From Coleofasciculus sp. B1-GNL1-01 (GTDB lineage: Bacteria > Cyanobacteriota > Cyanobacteriia > Cyanobacteriales > Coleofasciculaceae): DNA of 17,187 nt. The stretch lies in NCBI GenBank assembly GCA_040220235.1, contig JAVJTO010000107.1; one strand, written 5' to 3'. How positions within the stretch are numbered: position 1 is the stretch's first letter; every line of letters begins with the position of its first letter. The position numbers and the translations under genes are program-made. Of this stretch, positions 16,500 to 17,187 are shown in pieces. The notes under the pieces were generated by a model that saw nothing but the letters and a program-made list of their open reading frames with translations, did no database searches and was not told the DNA's origin.

Positions 16500-16525
16500 T
16501 CCCGACTTCTTTAAGACGTTGGGGA
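16500..16525 (+). terminator. Imperfect hairpin just after the bcsA stop; possible terminator or 3' stabiliser
   Basis: TCCCGACTTCTTTAAGACGTTGGGGA; no U-tract, may simply be a dispersed repeat. Confidence 0.3.
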
Positions 16526-16927
16526 GCCAGTCAGGAGTAAGCGGTTTGGCATTTAAACCTTAATGTCAATAATGGTGAAATCCTTGTAGTGCGTTTAGCG
16601 AAGCCATGCCGCAGGCTTTGCATCTTGCTCGCTACTCATACCCAATTGGCTCTTCGGTACTTGTGGCGGAAACCTTAGTTTTTAGGGAACTTACGGTCAG
16701 AGAGCAGGGAACAGGCAAAGCCTTATCCAGCAAGCCTTTAACCAAATTAAATATAGCAAATCGCTAGGCGTGTATTTACAACTCCCGTACCTGAAACTGA
16801 GTCCAGATGAGATGTTCGTACAAACAAAGTGTAACTAGACCAGCGCGAAGCGCTATAACTTTTCCTTATCACCATAACTCCCGAAGAGCCGCACAAAAAT
16901 GAGCTTCCAGCGTTTTATACCAAGGCT

Positions 16928-16948
16928 GGTGGGCATTGCCCACCCTAC
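16928..16948 (-). repeat. GTAG-family REP element
   Basis: Minus strand GTAG-GGTGGGCA-a-TGCCCACC: GTAG followed by a palindrome. Confidence 0.75.
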
Positions 16949-16960
16949 TATCAAGGGTTT

Positions 16961-17054
16961 TGACGAATGACGAATGACGAATGACGAATGACGTAGCTTG
17001 CTTCTCAAGGGAGCGAGTTCTCCACCGTTCACTTTAATTATGTCCACCTACTTA
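16961..17054 (+). repeat. TGACGAA tandem (4+ units) followed by the dispersed repeat matching 139-189
   Basis: Tandem 16961-16993; 16990-17040 is an inverted 43/51 match to 139-189. Confidence 0.85.
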
Positions 17055-17187
17055 GGGCTTGCTGCATAAGTGTGTAAGGTAGACTAGATAGGGGTTTCAA
17101 GCCATTTTTTGACCCAACAAGTGCAAGGTTTTTACACTACCACTCTCTTGCATCCTGGAATTTTTGCCAACCTCAGCGCCGAATTTT
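17055..17187. mobile_element. End of a MITE/IS-like element extending beyond the right edge
   Basis: Begins GGGCTTGCTGCATAAG after TTA, matching the terminus at 123-138. Confidence 0.5.

Noticed and set aside
16853..17047. 64-aa minus-strand ORF
   Set aside because: Made mostly of dispersed repeat, heptamer array and REP sequence.

Overview
Cyanobacterial window (at least 7 HIP1 GCGATCGC sites and many 7-/9-nt tandem repeats typical of filamentous cyanobacteria) with two modules. (1) 785-2571: an IS200/IS605-family element on the minus strand with both ends identifiable (TCAC target, TCAA right end, matching guide tetranucleotides). It has no tnpA. It carries a TnpB with intact D-E-D residues and two QLxLF motifs in its tail, plus a divergent 58-aa ORF missing from the ORF track; a palindromic operator-like site lies between the two. 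The element interrupts the 5' end of a Uma2 gene, whose sequence would supply the TnpB guide. (2) 3581-16487: a five-gene cellulose synthase-type cluster in the order porin-like beta-barrel protein, secreted TPR protein, GH8 lipoprotein (BcsZ), BcsB, BcsA. There is no canonical BcsC; its role appears split between the TPR protein and the porin-like protein, which has a 408-residue charge-free, prion-like repeat region. Intergenic regions and both window edges contain tandem repeats, REP-like elements and MITE/IS ends. All family assignments are from motif recognition, not database searches.
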